From NCBI GenBank assembly GCA_963737265.1, contig CAVTRY010000011.1:544001-608000 (forward strand): DNA of 64,000 nt, written 5' to 3'. The notes under the pieces were generated by a model. It was not told where the DNA came from and did not search any database. It saw only the letters and a list, made by a program, of their open reading frames with translations. The position numbers and the translations under genes were made by a program. This stretch comes from an uncultured delta proteobacterium. GTDB lineage: Bacteria > Myxococcota_A > Polyangia > Fen-1088. This document shows, piece after piece, positions 9,415 to 20,394 of the stretch (within the stretch, counting starts at the first letter, position 1; each line of letters starts with the position of its first letter).

Positions 9415-12400
9415 ATGTTTTCCGTTGATGAAGCACCCCAAGTAATCGATGGCCGTTTTAGCCTCGAAGGGGAAAGGATCGCCGGAGGCATGGGCACGGT
9501 CTTCCGAGGTGTGGATCGAACCACCGGAGAAACTGTCGCCGTGAAGATCTCCTCCAGCTCGGGCGCCGAGTTCGGCGATCGATTTCAGCAAGAGGCGAAC
9601 TGCCTGGCCGAGATAGCCCATCCTGCCATCGTGCGCTACATTGCACATGGAAAGACTGCGCGCAACGAGCACTACCTGGTCATGGAATGGTTGGACGGCG
9701 AAACCCTGGAGGATCGCCTGGGCCGCAGGGCCATTCCCCTCGGCATCGCTGTCCACATGATCCGCCGCGTGGCCGAGGCGCTGGCCGCCGCGCACCAGCA
9801 TGGCGTGATCCACCGCGACATCAAGCCCGCTAATATCTTTCTGCCCGATCGGGACACGTCGAGAATCAAGCTGCTCGACTTCGGTATCGCGCGCCGGCTT
9901 TTCGACCCTCCCGCGCTGCGCCTGACCCAGGCGGGCTCGGCCGTGGGCACGCCAATGTATATGTCGCCCGAACAGGCCCAAGGACGGCTCGACATGGATG
10001 GCCGTGCGGACGTGTTTTCTCTCGGTTGCGTCTTCTTCGAGTGTTTGACCGGTCAGCCGCCCTTCCTGGGCGAAACCACGACCGGCACCTTCACCAGGCT
10101 CGCCAGCGATGAACACGTCGATGTCGCCGCCCGTTGCCCAGGCCTGCCGGCGCGCCTTACCGAGCTCCTCCGTCGCATGCTTGCCAAAGCCCCAGGCGAC
10201 CGCCCGTCGTCGATGCGCGAGGTGCTGACGGAAATAGGCAGCATCACGTCCGACCTTCGCGTGACCGGGGTCTATCCGATTGTTCCGCACGAGCGGAGCG
10301 CTACCGCCCAAGAGCCGCTTCTCGTCGCCACGGGCGAGCGACGGCTGTCCGCGGTGATCGTGGTTTCGCCCGGACCGTCCTCGACTCCGCCCGAGCCGCC
10401 CGCCTCCGCGACGACCCGCGCGCCATCGGATGATATGAGGTTGGTGGATATCTCGCGCGAGGTCGGCCACTTCGGTGCGCTCATCCAGTGCCTCGCCAAC
10501 GGCTCGCTGATCGTGAGCTTTGCCGGCGAAGCCCGCACCACACCGCTCGATCTCGCCTCGCGTGCCGCGCGCTGTGCGCTCAAGCTCAAGTCCGTCCGGC
10601 CCAGCTCGTCGTTCGGAATCAGCTTGGGCTACGCGGTCAAAGATGATGAGCTGCGTTTAGGAGGTCTGGTCGACAGCGCCGCCAACCTGCTAGGCCAAAC
10701 TCACCTGGGGGCCATCCATGTAAACCAGGAGGTTCGTCGCCTACTCGAAACCCGGTTCGAAATCGTTGCCGAGCCCGATGGCCGCGCTCGCCTGCTCTTC
10801 GAGAAAGGTCTGCGCGACATTCCCCGCACAGTGCTTGGGCGCGAGGTGCCTTGTTTCGGCCGCGACCGCGAGGTTCGCAATTTGGAAGGCTTGTTCGAGG
10901 AATGCATGGAGGAGTCGTCGGCCCAGGCTATGATCGTGAGCGGCTCACCGGGCTGCGGCAAGTCGCGGGTCGCCCACGAATTCATCGAGCGCGCCCGCGA
11001 CAGCGGCCACGCTTTCGAGCTGCTCGTCGGTCGAGGCGATCCCATGCGCGGCAACGTCTCCCTTGGCCTGCTCGCCCAGGCACTGCAAGGAGCTGCCGGC
11101 ATCAGCGGTACGGAACCTGATGAAATCCAGCGCAAGCGCCTGCGCGCCCACACCACGCGGTTCCTGACAGAAAAGGCTGCGCCCACCACCGCCGCCTTTC
11201 TGGGCGAGATTGCCGGCATCCACTTTCCCGACGACGATCTGCCGCAATTGCGAGCCGCCCGCCAGGACGCGCGCGTGATGGCCGACCAAACCATGGGCGC
11301 CTGGGTCGACTGGCTCGAGGCCGAGGTGCGCCACCATCCGGTGTTGCTTCTGCTCGAGGATCTCCACTGGGGCGACGCGCCCAGCGTGAACTACGTCGAC
11401 ACCGCCTTGCGCGTTCTGCGCCAGCAGCCGCTCATGGTCTTGGCCTTGGCCCGGCCAGAAGTCGACCAGCGTTTTCACGGCCTGTGGCGCGACCGTCAAC
11501 TGCAACACATTGCCCTGTCGCCTCTCACCAACCGGGCCGGCCAAGAGATCGTCCGGCGGGTTCTCGGCGACGTGGCGCCCGAGACCATGGCGTGGCTGCT
11601 CGACAATGCCCAAGGCAATCCGTTCTACCTCGAAGAGTTGGTCCGTGCGGCCGAAGGTCCCGAGCAAGGACAGGCGATTCCAACCACCATCCTCGGCACG
11701 GTTCAGGCGCGCTTCGACGCCGTCGGCGAGGGCGCGAAACTGGTGCTGCGCGCGGCGAGCGTCTTTGGACAAAGCTTTCTCGCCACCGGCGTGAACGCCC
11801 TCGTGGGCGAAATGAGTCCCGAGGATGTGGCCCGCTGGCTGGAGATCCTCGTCGCCAAGGAAATTCTCTTCGCGCGGGCGCTGGGCAGCGCGAGGCAGCA
11901 CGTGTTCCGTCACGCCCTCCTCCACGAAGCCGCCTACGCCATGCTCTCGCCCGAGGACGAAGTGGTGGGCCACCGGCTCGCCGGCATTTTTCTGGAGAAG
12001 AGCGGCGAACGCGAGGCCATCGTGCTGGCCGACCACTTCGAGAGAGGCGCCGACCCGGTGCGCGCCGTTCGTTGGTTGCGCGTGGCCGCCAATCAGGCCA
12101 TGGAGATGGACGATCTGAACGCCGCCATCGAGCGCGTGGAGCGCGGCGCGCGCTTGGGCGCACAAGGCGACGACCTGGCCGAGTTGCGCGTGGTCGAATG
12201 CGAGGCGCACTACTGGAAAGGCGAGTACGCCGACGCCGAGCGCGCGGGCTGGGAGGCGCGCAAGTGTGATAGCCCCAAGCTGGCCTTGCGTGCGGCAAGT
12301 GCGCTCATTTCGGCGCTCGGCGTTCAGACCAAATACGACGAGATTGAGACGCTATCGAAAGAAATCGAGACACGTCCCGAAGATCCGCGGCTGCTGCATG

Positions 12401-13342
12401 CGTGGCTCGTCTGCATGGTCGACGTGACGTCCTACCTGGCGTGGATTGGCAAGCACGAGCTGCGCGAGCGAACGCTGGCCCTTATCGAAGCGGCGGGGCC
12501 GGAAGTCGATCCCTTCTTGCTCGGAAGGGCGCATTCCATGCGTTCCCACGTCGCTCGCAGCGCGGGCAAGCTGGGGGACGCATTGGTTCATGTCCGCCAA
12601 GCCCACGAGGCCTTCGAGCAGGCTGGCCACCGTCGCGAGGCGTTCGAGGCGCTTGCGAATCTTGGCGTGTCCCAGCTTGAGATTGGTCTCCTCGATGAGG
12701 CTGAATCCAGCATGCGCAGGCTTGCTCGGCTCTGTTGAAAGGATGGGGCTCGACGGGATGCTCGGCGGAATCCTGCAAGCGCTAACGAACATTCTCGCCT
12801 ACCAGGGATGTATCGACGAAGCTCGCGCCGTTGGCCAGCGGGCGGTCGCATTGACCCGGCACCAAGGCGACGCGCACTTCCAGGGTTCGGCAGAAATCTA
12901 TTTGGCCCTGGTGGAATTCATGGCCGGCCAGCATGCCGCCGCGGAGCAGCTTTCCCGCCAGGCGCTCGTTTCCTTCCAGGGCAACCCAATGATGGCACCA
13001 TTCCCACAAGCCATGCTGGCCCGGATACTTTTGGCCAGCGGGCGAATCGCCGAAGCCTCCGAGCTCGCTCAAACCGCCCACGACCAGCTCGAGTCCTTGG
13101 GGACGGTCGACGACGGCGAGGCAACCATTCGTCTGGCCCACGTGGAGTGCCTGCTAGCTAGCGGCGACACCACCTTGGCCGATGCCACTCTCGGCAAAGC
13201 CATTGAGCGCCTTCTGGCGCAGACCGCCAACATCGGAGATCACGCATGGCGCTGCGCCTTCTTAGAGAAAATTCCGGAAAATCGCCGTCTTGTTGAGATG
13301 GCCAACCAACGAGGGCTCGCGCCTCCCTCCACGCGTTGTTGA
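9415..13342 (+). CDS. Ser/Thr protein kinase with AAA/STAND ATPase and TPR region, apparent frameshift near 12717
   Basis: Kinase motifs HRDIKPAN, DFG and GTPMYMSPEQ. Walker A GSPGCGKS, LEDLHW and GNPFYLEEL. The TPR-like tail continues in the 12446..13342 frame. Confidence 0.85.
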
Positions 13343-13346
13343 CTGA

Positions 13347-13511
13347 AGAACTGTCCAAAAATTGGATAGTTCTTCAGCAGCCGAGCCAAGGGCCCGGCCG
13401 CAGGTGGGGTGAAGTCCGCGAATTTACTTCGCGGACGAGGGGAGGGCCGCGGCCCTCCCTTCAACAATCTTCAAGACGGGTCCATTTGTGGACACATTTA
13501 TGGACACGTCT
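13347..13511. mobile_element. 165-bp MITE, family A, copy 1
   Basis: Near-identical to 21098..21262. Imperfect TIRs AGAACTGTCCAAAAAT / ATTTATGGACACGTCT, flanked by TGA at 13344-13346 and 13512-13514. Confidence 0.9.
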
Positions 13512-13566
13512 TGAGTCTTAACCCTGTTTCTGCCAAAATTCTTTCCACTCGTGATAGCGTCCGGCC

Positions 13567-13797
13567 ATGGCCAAATCACCCTGCCCCATCTCGAAGACGC
13601 AGTTCCTGGACAAGGCCGAGGCGGTGAAGATCACCATCGGCAGCGCCGAAATCATCGCCGACAAGCGCGAGTTTTCGACCGGATCGTTCGGCTGGTACTA
13701 CAACGGCAAGACCACCGTCACCGTCGACGGCAAAACGCTTTCGGTGCAGATCGGATTGAATCTGACCGTGGTCGGCAGCAAAGAAGCGGATCGATAG
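13567..13797 (+). CDS. Small conserved hypothetical protein (REFSTGSFGW motif)
   Basis: 76 aa with typical codon usage. TGATAGCGT extended -10-like box lies 6 nt before the ATG. Confidence 0.8.
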   Translation: MAKSPCPISKTQFLDKAEAVKITIGSAEIIADKREFSTGSFGWYYNGKTTVTVDGKTLSVQIGLNLTVVGSKEADR

Positions 13798-13841
13798 GAA
13801 CCGGATCGGCATCAAATGATGGGGCTGAAGACGTCGCCCCG

Positions 13842-15380
13842 TCAAATGTCGGCATCGACGATTTCCTTGACTGCAGCCTTGAGATCCGCCGCCAGGTAGG
13901 GTTTGGATAGCAGGCGTCGGACGCCTCGCTTTTTCAGCTCGTCAATGGACATCGACTCACCGATGCCCGACACCATCAAGACGGGCATGTCCGGCCGAAT
14001 GGCGAGAACCTGCTCGATGAGCTCCAAACCCGTCATGTGCGGCATGGTGTTGTCGGTGACGAGCAGGGCGAAGCGTTCAGGTTGCGATCGAAACGTCTCC
14101 AGGGCCTGCATGCTTGACGTGTGCGCCGTTACCTCGAATCCATCCGACTCGAGAACGCGTTGACCGAGCTTGGCTAGGCGAGCCTCATCGTCGACCAGCA
14201 AGATGCGGCGCTGGCCCGGTCGACTGGCACTTCCGTTTTCCACCACGAGCGAATCGGGTGATGCGGCCGGGAGGTAGACGTCGAAGCGCGTGCCCTCGCC
14301 CACGCGACTCTTGACTTCGATGACCCCGCCGAGCGATCGAACGATGCGGTTGATCACCGAAAGTCCCAAACCGGTGCCTTCGCCCGGCGGCTTGGTCGTG
14401 AAAAATGGCTCGAAGATGCGGTCGAGCACGTCGCTCGGAATTCCCGTTCCAGTGTCCGAAACGCTGAGCCGAACGTGGAGACCCACGTGCATGCCAGGAT
14501 GATCCATGGCGAAAAGTTGGTCCACTGTCACGGGTCCGACGCGAATTTCGAGCGCTCCGCCCAGCTTCCTCATGGCGTGGGCGGCGTTGGTGGCGAGGTT
14601 CATCGCGATCTGGTGCAGCTCATTGCCGTCGGCTACCACGCGCGGAGTAGTCGGATCGAAACCCTCACGGATCTCAATGTTGGGCGGCAAGGTTGCGCGC
14701 AGAAGCTGGATGGCTTCGCGCACGGGCGCCTCGAAGTTGGTTGGAACGCGCGCCGGCTCGTTTTTGCGCGTGAAGAACAAAATGCGGTTCACCAAATCGC
14801 GTCCCCGCCGGGCGGTGTCGAGCACCACGTCCAAATCGGCGCTGACCGAGCTCATGCTGGCAACCGCCTCGCGCGCCAATTCGGTGTACCCGATGATACC
14901 GAGCAGAATGTTGTTGAAGTCGTGGGCGATGCCGGCGGCCAGATTGCCGATGGCCTCCAGCTTGTGCGTCTGGCGCAGCCTTTCCTCCAGGTGACGTCGC
15001 TCGCTGACGTCCACGATGGTGCCCAGGATGAAGACGCCCTCGCGAGTGGAAATGGGCGACAGCCCTATCTCGACGGGGATGTCGCGTCCGTCCTTGTGGC
15101 GCGCGAACAACTCCCGGCCGGCGCCCATGCGCCGAGACGTGGGGATGGCGGTGTATTGCTCGCGCAGCTTGGCGTGACCGGCGGCAAAATGGTCGGGCAC
15201 GAGCATCTCGACCGGCTGGCCGAGGATCTCGTCGCGCGCGTACCCAAACAACCGCTCCACCTCTTGGTTGACGACCGTGATCCGTCCCGACCCGTCGACG
15301 ACTATCAGCCCCGACGGACAGCGCTCGAACGCAGTCCGAATGAACTCGTCGGTTGCGTCCCGTGGGATCGTGTCGGACAT
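13842..15380 (-). CDS. PAS-domain hybrid sensor histidine kinase / response regulator
   Basis: PAS domain, H-box AHDFNN, N-box NLATNAAHA, FEPFFTTK, GTGLGL and a C-terminal receiver (LLVDDE...TDNTMP...KP). Confidence 0.92.
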   Translation of the reverse strand: MSDTIPRDATDEFIRTAFERCPSGLIVVDGSGRITVVNQEVERLFGYARDEILGQPVEMLVPDHFAAGHAKLREQYTAIPTSRRMGAGRELFARHKDGRDIPVEIGLSPISTREGVFILGTIVDVSERRHLEERLRQTHKLEAIGNLAAGIAHDFNNILLGIIGYTELAREAVASMSSVSADLDVVLDTARRGRDLVNRILFFTRKNEPARVPTNFEAPVREAIQLLRATLPPNIEIREGFDPTTPRVVADGNELHQIAMNLATNAAHAMRKLGGALEIRVGPVTVDQLFAMDHPGMHVGLHVRLSVSDTGTGIPSDVLDRIFEPFFTTKPPGEGTGLGLSVINRIVRSLGGVIEVKSRVGEGTRFDVYLPAASPDSLVVENGSASRPGQRRILLVDDEARLAKLGQRVLESDGFEVTAHTSSMQALETFRSQPERFALLVTDNTMPHMTGLELIEQVLAIRPDMPVLMVSGIGESMSIDELKKRGVRRLLSKPYLAADLKAAVKEIVDADI

Positions 15381-15473
15381 GAATGACCTCGGCGAAAAAT
15401 TCAACCTAGCATGGGCAAGCGCTGGCGCCAGACATCAGTGAGACCGCGCCGTTGCCGCCCACGACCTTGCCGT

Positions 15474-16628
15474 CTAGAAATGATCGTCGCCGTTGTAGGA
15501 CGAAACCGATCCACGGCTGCGCGCCGCAATAGCCTCGTCCCAAGGCGCAACCTGCCAGTTGTCGTGCTTCCTTTCCGCATGCAGCCACGGCGGCAGGACA
15601 ATGAGCAGACGGCGCGCTATAGCCTCCACATACGGCTCGTACATCGCCCGGAGCGCGGCCAACTTTTGCTCGGCCTCGGTGCCGTCGCGTAGCTTGAGCC
15701 CCTTGTCGGACAGCACCTGCCGCAGCCGCGCCAGCTCCTCGGCAGGCAGGCGGTTGGGGACCGGTGGAACGTACTTGGCGCGGACCACCTGAGAGAGATC
15801 GACGACGGCATGTCTCGCCATCGCGAACGTCATTTTGGCCTGCTCGCGTGGGATGCCGTCGACACCCACAATAACCAGGGTCGTCGCGTCCAGAATCGTC
15901 GTCAGCGCCGCGAGCCACGACTGGTTGTTGTGCTGCGAACGAAAGAACCCGAGCACCGGATACGACAAATGGCTCTCGAGAACCTCGGCAGACCAATGTT
16001 CCCAGTCGTGAAAGATTCGGTCCAATTCGTCGTAAGGCGGGCATTGGCAATAGCGCCGCAACAACTCGGCCGCGGTCGGAGGCGATCCGGCGCGCGCATC
16101 CAACAAGGAAATTTCGATTTCCCGACGAGAGAAGGCCGAGTAAATCGTCGGTAGGTAGCCGATGACGATGCCCAGGAAGGCAAAACCCATTCCTGCCTCC
16201 AGCACGGCCAAGCCGCGCGACAAGCCTGAGCTCGGAACAATGTCTCCGTATCCCAGAGTAAAGAACGTCTCGCCGCTGTGATAGAGCAAAAGGCCGAAGT
16301 TCAGGCGAACGCTCGACAGGAGGAGCTGCGCACCGGCTCCGTACTGCAGGAGCGCAAAGGCGAAGATCAGGCCGGCGGCCCACAGCGCGAGAAGAAAAAT
16401 CAATGACAGCGGTCCGAAGTAGCCAAGAAAGGCTTCGCGCCGACCCTGTGACTCGATCCTTCTTGTTATTGCCGCCCACGGCCTCCAGGTCAGCTGATAG
16501 AACCACGACGTCAGACGTAGCTGTCGGCGTACTCGCCGAGGCAGGACGACCGTCTCGAGCGCGTCCAGCAAGACGACCAACAGGACAACGAGACCCGCAA
16601 GCGCGGAAAGAATGCGAAGCGCAAACAT
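15474..16628 (-). CDS. Potassium channel family protein (Ion_trans_2)
   Basis: Selectivity-filter motif TFFTLGYGD flanked by TM helices. Confidence 0.85.
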   Translation of the reverse strand: MFALRILSALAGLVVLLVVLLDALETVVLPRRVRRQLRLTSWFYQLTWRPWAAITRRIESQGRREAFLGYFGPLSLIFLLALWAAGLIFAFALLQYGAGAQLLLSSVRLNFGLLLYHSGETFFTLGYGDIVPSSGLSRGLAVLEAGMGFAFLGIVIGYLPTIYSAFSRREIEISLLDARAGSPPTAAELLRRYCQCPPYDELDRIFHDWEHWSAEVLESHLSYPVLGFFRSQHNNQSWLAALTTILDATTLVIVGVDGIPREQAKMTFAMARHAVVDLSQVVRAKYVPPVPNRLPAEELARLRQVLSDKGLKLRDGTEAEQKLAALRAMYEPYVEAIARRLLIVLPPWLHAERKHDNWQVAPWDEAIAARSRGSVSSYNGDDHF

Positions 16629-16685
16629 CGAGGCGAGGAGCCTAGCATGGCCTGGCGCCGACGGACGCCCAGGGAAAAACTGCCC

Positions 16686-16973
16686 CTACGCCGCGAAAGC
16701 GCGCCTGAGCTTGCGAACGAGGCGATAGAGCCCCCACGCCCTACCCGCCCAGCGCAAAGCTCGGCGCGGCTGTACGACGGCGAAAGCCAGCGTCGCTACC
16801 AGCAGCAGCCCCTTGCTCGCCGCGAGGAACCTGACCGTGGTCACGGCGGCATCGACCAAACCCAAAAGGTTTCGCTGGCTGTCGAGCAGTAAGCGAACCG
16901 ACGCGCGTTCCGATCGGGCGCGTTCCACGAGCTCCCCGCGACGGCGTCGGATTTCGGTCAGCGACAGATTCAC
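16686..16973 (-). CDS. yqjK: YqjK-like protein
   Basis: Basic helical protein with one TM segment. Third gene of the yqjD-yqjE-yqjK order, overlapping the upstream stop. Confidence 0.65.
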   Translation of the reverse strand: MNLSLTEIRRRRGELVERARSERASVRLLLDSQRNLLGLVDAAVTTVRFLAASKGLLLVATLAFAVVQPRRALRWAGRAWGLYRLVRKLRRAFAA

Positions 16974-17371
16974 GTGTCCCGCTCCAGACTCTGTCGATCC
17001 TTGGCGAGGGCCTCCACGGTCTCACTCAGCGGGCGTTGGTGGCTGCGCGCGATGACGACCAGCACGATCGCGCTAACCACACCGAGACCAAGAAAAAGGC
17101 CACTTAGCAAGCCAAGAACCGCCAGCCGGTCCGAGTCCCAGTACAGCACGACCACGAAGACCGACAGCAGGACGATGCCCAGGCCAAGACAGAACAGCGT
17201 CGCGACACCGACCAGAAGCAATCGACTAAGGCGAATCCGCTCCTCTTCCAGCTCGGTCCCAAGGATTCCCACCCGCGTCTCGGCCGCCGACACCAGCACG
17301 GCGAGCAGATGGCTTGCCGACGCGAGTAGCCCATGGGGCATGCCCGGGTCCGCGGGTTCGTCAGCCATCAC
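16970..17371 (-). CDS. yqjE: YqjE / phage holin family membrane protein
   Basis: ETRVGILGTELEEERIRL followed by two TM helices, ending LAKDRQ. Confidence 0.8.
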   Translation of the reverse strand: MMADEPADPGMPHGLLASASHLLAVLVSAAETRVGILGTELEEERIRLSRLLLVGVATLFCLGLGIVLLSVFVVVLYWDSDRLAVLGLLSGLFLGLGVVSAIVLVVIARSHQRPLSETVEALAKDRQSLERDT

Positions 17372-17403
17372 CGCCAGCCATCACCGTCAGCCATGTTGGA
17401 GCT

Positions 17404-17715
17404 CTAGCGGCGACCGACGAGCAGACCGATGAGAAGCCCGGCGCCCGCGGCGATCCCTATTGCCTTCCACGGGTTTTCGTGGACATAGGCGTCGGTGGCG
17501 CGCGCGGCGGCCTTCGTCTGCTTGACCGCCTTGTCCTCGATCACCGCGAGCTTGGCCTTAGCTTGATCGAGCCCGCGCTGCACCTTGTCCCGGACCGCCG
17601 CGACCTTCTCGCCGGCTTGCCCGGCCGTGAGCTTCAGCAGCTCTTCGGCGTCGGTTACCACCAACTTCAGATCGGCCACGAGTTTGTCCTTGGTTACGAT
17701 GTCCGTTCCATCCAT
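17404..17715 (-). CDS. yqjD: YqjD/ElaB (DUF883) membrane-anchored ribosome-binding protein
   Basis: YVHENPWKAIGIAAGAGLLIGLLVGRR. GGAGG RBS. Confidence 0.9.
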   Translation of the reverse strand: MDGTDIVTKDKLVADLKLVVTDAEELLKLTAGQAGEKVAAVRDKVQRGLDQAKAKLAVIEDKAVKQTKAAARATDAYVHENPWKAIGIAAGAGLLIGLLVGRR

Positions 17716-17904
17716 GGTGAAACCTCCTCGGAAATTCTGATTACTATCCGCCTCGCGCGTTTCGTCCAACCGCACAAATATCAGAGTACCGCGCCAATAG
17801 TGTCGGGGCAAGCACACGAGGGCCGCACACGAGGACCGCCGTAATCCCGCGGCAAGGGTAGCGAAGCCGCGGGGCGCCTCTCGCAAGGGGTAGCCCAAGG
17901 CGAA

Positions 17905-18140
17905 ATTTCTCGCCCAGTCGGCTGACGAATGGTGGTCGTGGCCGCAGACGTGGTCGTGGCCACCACACCACCGGTGCTGGTCACGTTTGGGTCGTGGTTC
18001 CCGTCACCGTGGCCGTTGCCGTCACCGTGGCGGTCGCGGTATGGGTAGCGGTCGCGGTGTGCGTCGTCGTGGCCGTCTGACTAACGGGTGACTGTCACGG
18101 TCTGCGTGGCCGTGGTGGTCGCCGTATGGGAAGCACGACG
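17905..18140 (-). pseudogene. Fragmented Thr-rich low-complexity coding remnant
   Basis: The minus strand reads TATTTATQTVT / TATATHTATATVTATAT / VTSTGGVVATTTS in shifting frames with stops. Confidence 0.35.
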
Positions 18141-18167
18141 ACGCGGCTACCGCCGCTCGCCTGCCGC

Positions 18168-20357
18168 CTACGGGCCGGCGACGACTTTCAGCGCGGGCGA
18201 CGCGCGCTGGACTTCGCCGTGGCAGACAGTGCGGTTGCGGCCGCCGTGCTTGGCGGCGTAGAGCGCCTTGTCGGCGCAAGCAATGATCTCCTGCTTCACC
18301 TTGCTGTCGTCGGGGTAGACAGCCACGCCCAGGGAAAGCGTCGCGTTGAACGGGCCCTTGCTCGACTCGAAGGCCTGCGCGGCGACTTCCTCGCGAATGC
18401 GCTCGGCCAGTTGACGGGCGCCGGCGCGGTCGGTGCCTTCGAGGACGAGCGCGAATTCCTCGCCGCCGTAACGGGCGACGATGTCGATCTTGCGCGCGCT
18501 GGCTTTGAGGATAGCGGCGACCCGCTTGAGCACGGCGTCGCCGGTGGGGTGGCCGTAGGTGTCGTTGACCTTCTTGAAGTGGTCGATGTCGGTGAGCAAA
18601 AAGGCGACGCGGAGCTTGTGTCGGTCGGCGCGCCCGAGCATGGCGGAGAAACGTTCCTGGAAGGTGCGGTGGTTCACGAGGCCGGTCAGGCCGTCGGTGG
18701 TGGCCTGCTCTTCCAGCGATTGCACCATGCGGCCGTTCTGCAGCGAGATCGCGACCTGGTTGGCCACCACGCCCAGCATTTCGCGCCGGTCGCTCGGGAA
18801 GGCGCCCGGCCGGTGCGCCGCCACGGTGAAGGTGCCAAGGACCTCGTCCTTTACCAGCAGGGGCAAAACGTAGAGCGATTCGAAGCCCCTGATGCGCTCG
18901 CTGCCGTCGAAGATGTGCGTCTCGTGGCGATCGCGCCATTCGCCGCTCGCCGGCAGGGCCAACTTGTTCTTCACCACCATGGACGCGACCGACGCGGTGT
19001 CGCGGTGGCGCGTGCCCACCAATGCCTCGCTGCCCTCGCCCACGGCCTGGCTGATGACGTGACTTCCGTCGCGCCGGTCAAATTCGGTGAGAGCAACGAA
19101 ATCGAAGTCGCACACGCCGCGCGCGCCTTCGATGGCAGCGGCGTAGATTTCGTCCAGGGTCAGGGCGCGATTGAGCGCAGTCGAGGCACGATAAAAGCGC
19201 TCGTGCTCGTGCTTGGAGCGCTCGATGGCCTGGAACACGCGCTCGGACTGCACGATGCGCATGATCTGCGCCGCCGCCGAAACAAACAGATCGGTCTCGA
19301 CGGGCGTAAATAGAGGCCCAGTCGCACGGTCGCCGAGCAGCAACCCGCGCGGCGTCCGCCCTTCGAAAATGGGCACGCCCACGAAGGCCGAAACCTCTTC
19401 CGGTCCTTGGTAGTAAGGCAGGAGCGTCGGCTTGGGCGATTCGATCATGCACGGCCGGCCGTCTTTGAGAACCGCCGCGAACACGCCCGCGCGCGCGGAC
19501 AGCGAGCCTTCCGCGAGGCTGTGCGCCGAGGTCGACAGTTCCTTGAGCTTGAGCTTTTCGCCCGAGCTGTCCAGCCACAGCAGCGCGCAGGTCTTGAGGC
19601 CGAGCGCGTGGCGCAGCAGCTCCACGGTGTGAAGGAGCTGCTGGTGGATGGTTTCGATGGAGCCCTGGGAAAGTTTTTCCTCTTCCTCGGCGCGCGTGCG
19701 CAAGCGGCTGTCGGGGGCGAGCCCGGGCGATATCAGGCGAAAGTCGCGCGCTTCCTCGCGCATGAAGAGCACTTCTTCTTCGAGACGCTTGCGGTGCTCG
19801 CGCCGCTGGCGCGCGACCTCGGCGTGCAGGAAGGCGACATTGAGGATGGCGAAGACCGCGATGAAGCCGGCGTGGCCGGGAAACACGGCGACCGCGCCGG
19901 GGGCCGCGCCCGGTCCAAAGGCCAGCACGGACTCGAAGCCCAGCGCCGCGGCGGCGAGCGGCATGCCGGTTTTCAGCGGATGGAAGGTCACCAGGAAGCT
20001 GACCAGGGCATAGACCATCGGATAGATGGGCGATGTGCTTCCGCCCAGCACGGAGAGAAAGACGTAGGTCGCGGACAGCAGCAGCAGGCCGAGCTCGATG
20101 TCCGAAAGCATCTCGCGCCGCTGGCTGCGCCGCCGCTCGCCCATCGACACGCGCGCCGCCACCTTGATGGCGAGAGCGCCCGCCAACAGCGCCGCGGCTA
20201 GGGCACGGGTGTAATCCGCGCTGGGCTGGCGTAGATCCGGAAACCAGCCTTTCCACAGCAGCACGACCACCACGGCGACGAGGGCCGTTCCCCACAGGGC
20301 GCGAAATGTGCGCTGGATTTCAAAGGCTACCCGCGTACGGATCTTTTGCAGCCTCAT
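18168..20357 (-). CDS. dmxA: Membrane diguanylate cyclase (TM-GAF-GAF-GGDEF), DmxA-like
   Basis: N-terminal TM bundle, two GAF-like regions, DIDHFKKVNDTYGH, RKID I-site and GGEEF. Lies directly downstream of ftsB, as Myxococcus dmxA does. Confidence 0.8.
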   Translation of the reverse strand: MRLQKIRTRVAFEIQRTFRALWGTALVAVVVVLLWKGWFPDLRQPSADYTRALAAALLAGALAIKVAARVSMGERRRSQRREMLSDIELGLLLLSATYVFLSVLGGSTSPIYPMVYALVSFLVTFHPLKTGMPLAAAALGFESVLAFGPGAAPGAVAVFPGHAGFIAVFAILNVAFLHAEVARQRREHRKRLEEEVLFMREEARDFRLISPGLAPDSRLRTRAEEEEKLSQGSIETIHQQLLHTVELLRHALGLKTCALLWLDSSGEKLKLKELSTSAHSLAEGSLSARAGVFAAVLKDGRPCMIESPKPTLLPYYQGPEEVSAFVGVPIFEGRTPRGLLLGDRATGPLFTPVETDLFVSAAAQIMRIVQSERVFQAIERSKHEHERFYRASTALNRALTLDEIYAAAIEGARGVCDFDFVALTEFDRRDGSHVISQAVGEGSEALVGTRHRDTASVASMVVKNKLALPASGEWRDRHETHIFDGSERIRGFESLYVLPLLVKDEVLGTFTVAAHRPGAFPSDRREMLGVVANQVAISLQNGRMVQSLEEQATTDGLTGLVNHRTFQERFSAMLGRADRHKLRVAFLLTDIDHFKKVNDTYGHPTGDAVLKRVAAILKASARKIDIVARYGGEEFALVLEGTDRAGARQLAERIREEVAAQAFESSKGPFNATLSLGVAVYPDDSKVKQEIIACADKALYAAKHGGRNRTVCHGEVQRASPALKVVAGP

Positions 20358-20394
20358 CGCTTTCGCCTCATCGCTTTCGCCCCATGGTCGCGGC

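Noticed and set aside
16970-17371. Prophage, suggested by the 'phage holin family' label
   Set aside because: It is the chromosomal yqjD-yqjE-yqjK cluster, with no phage genes nearby.
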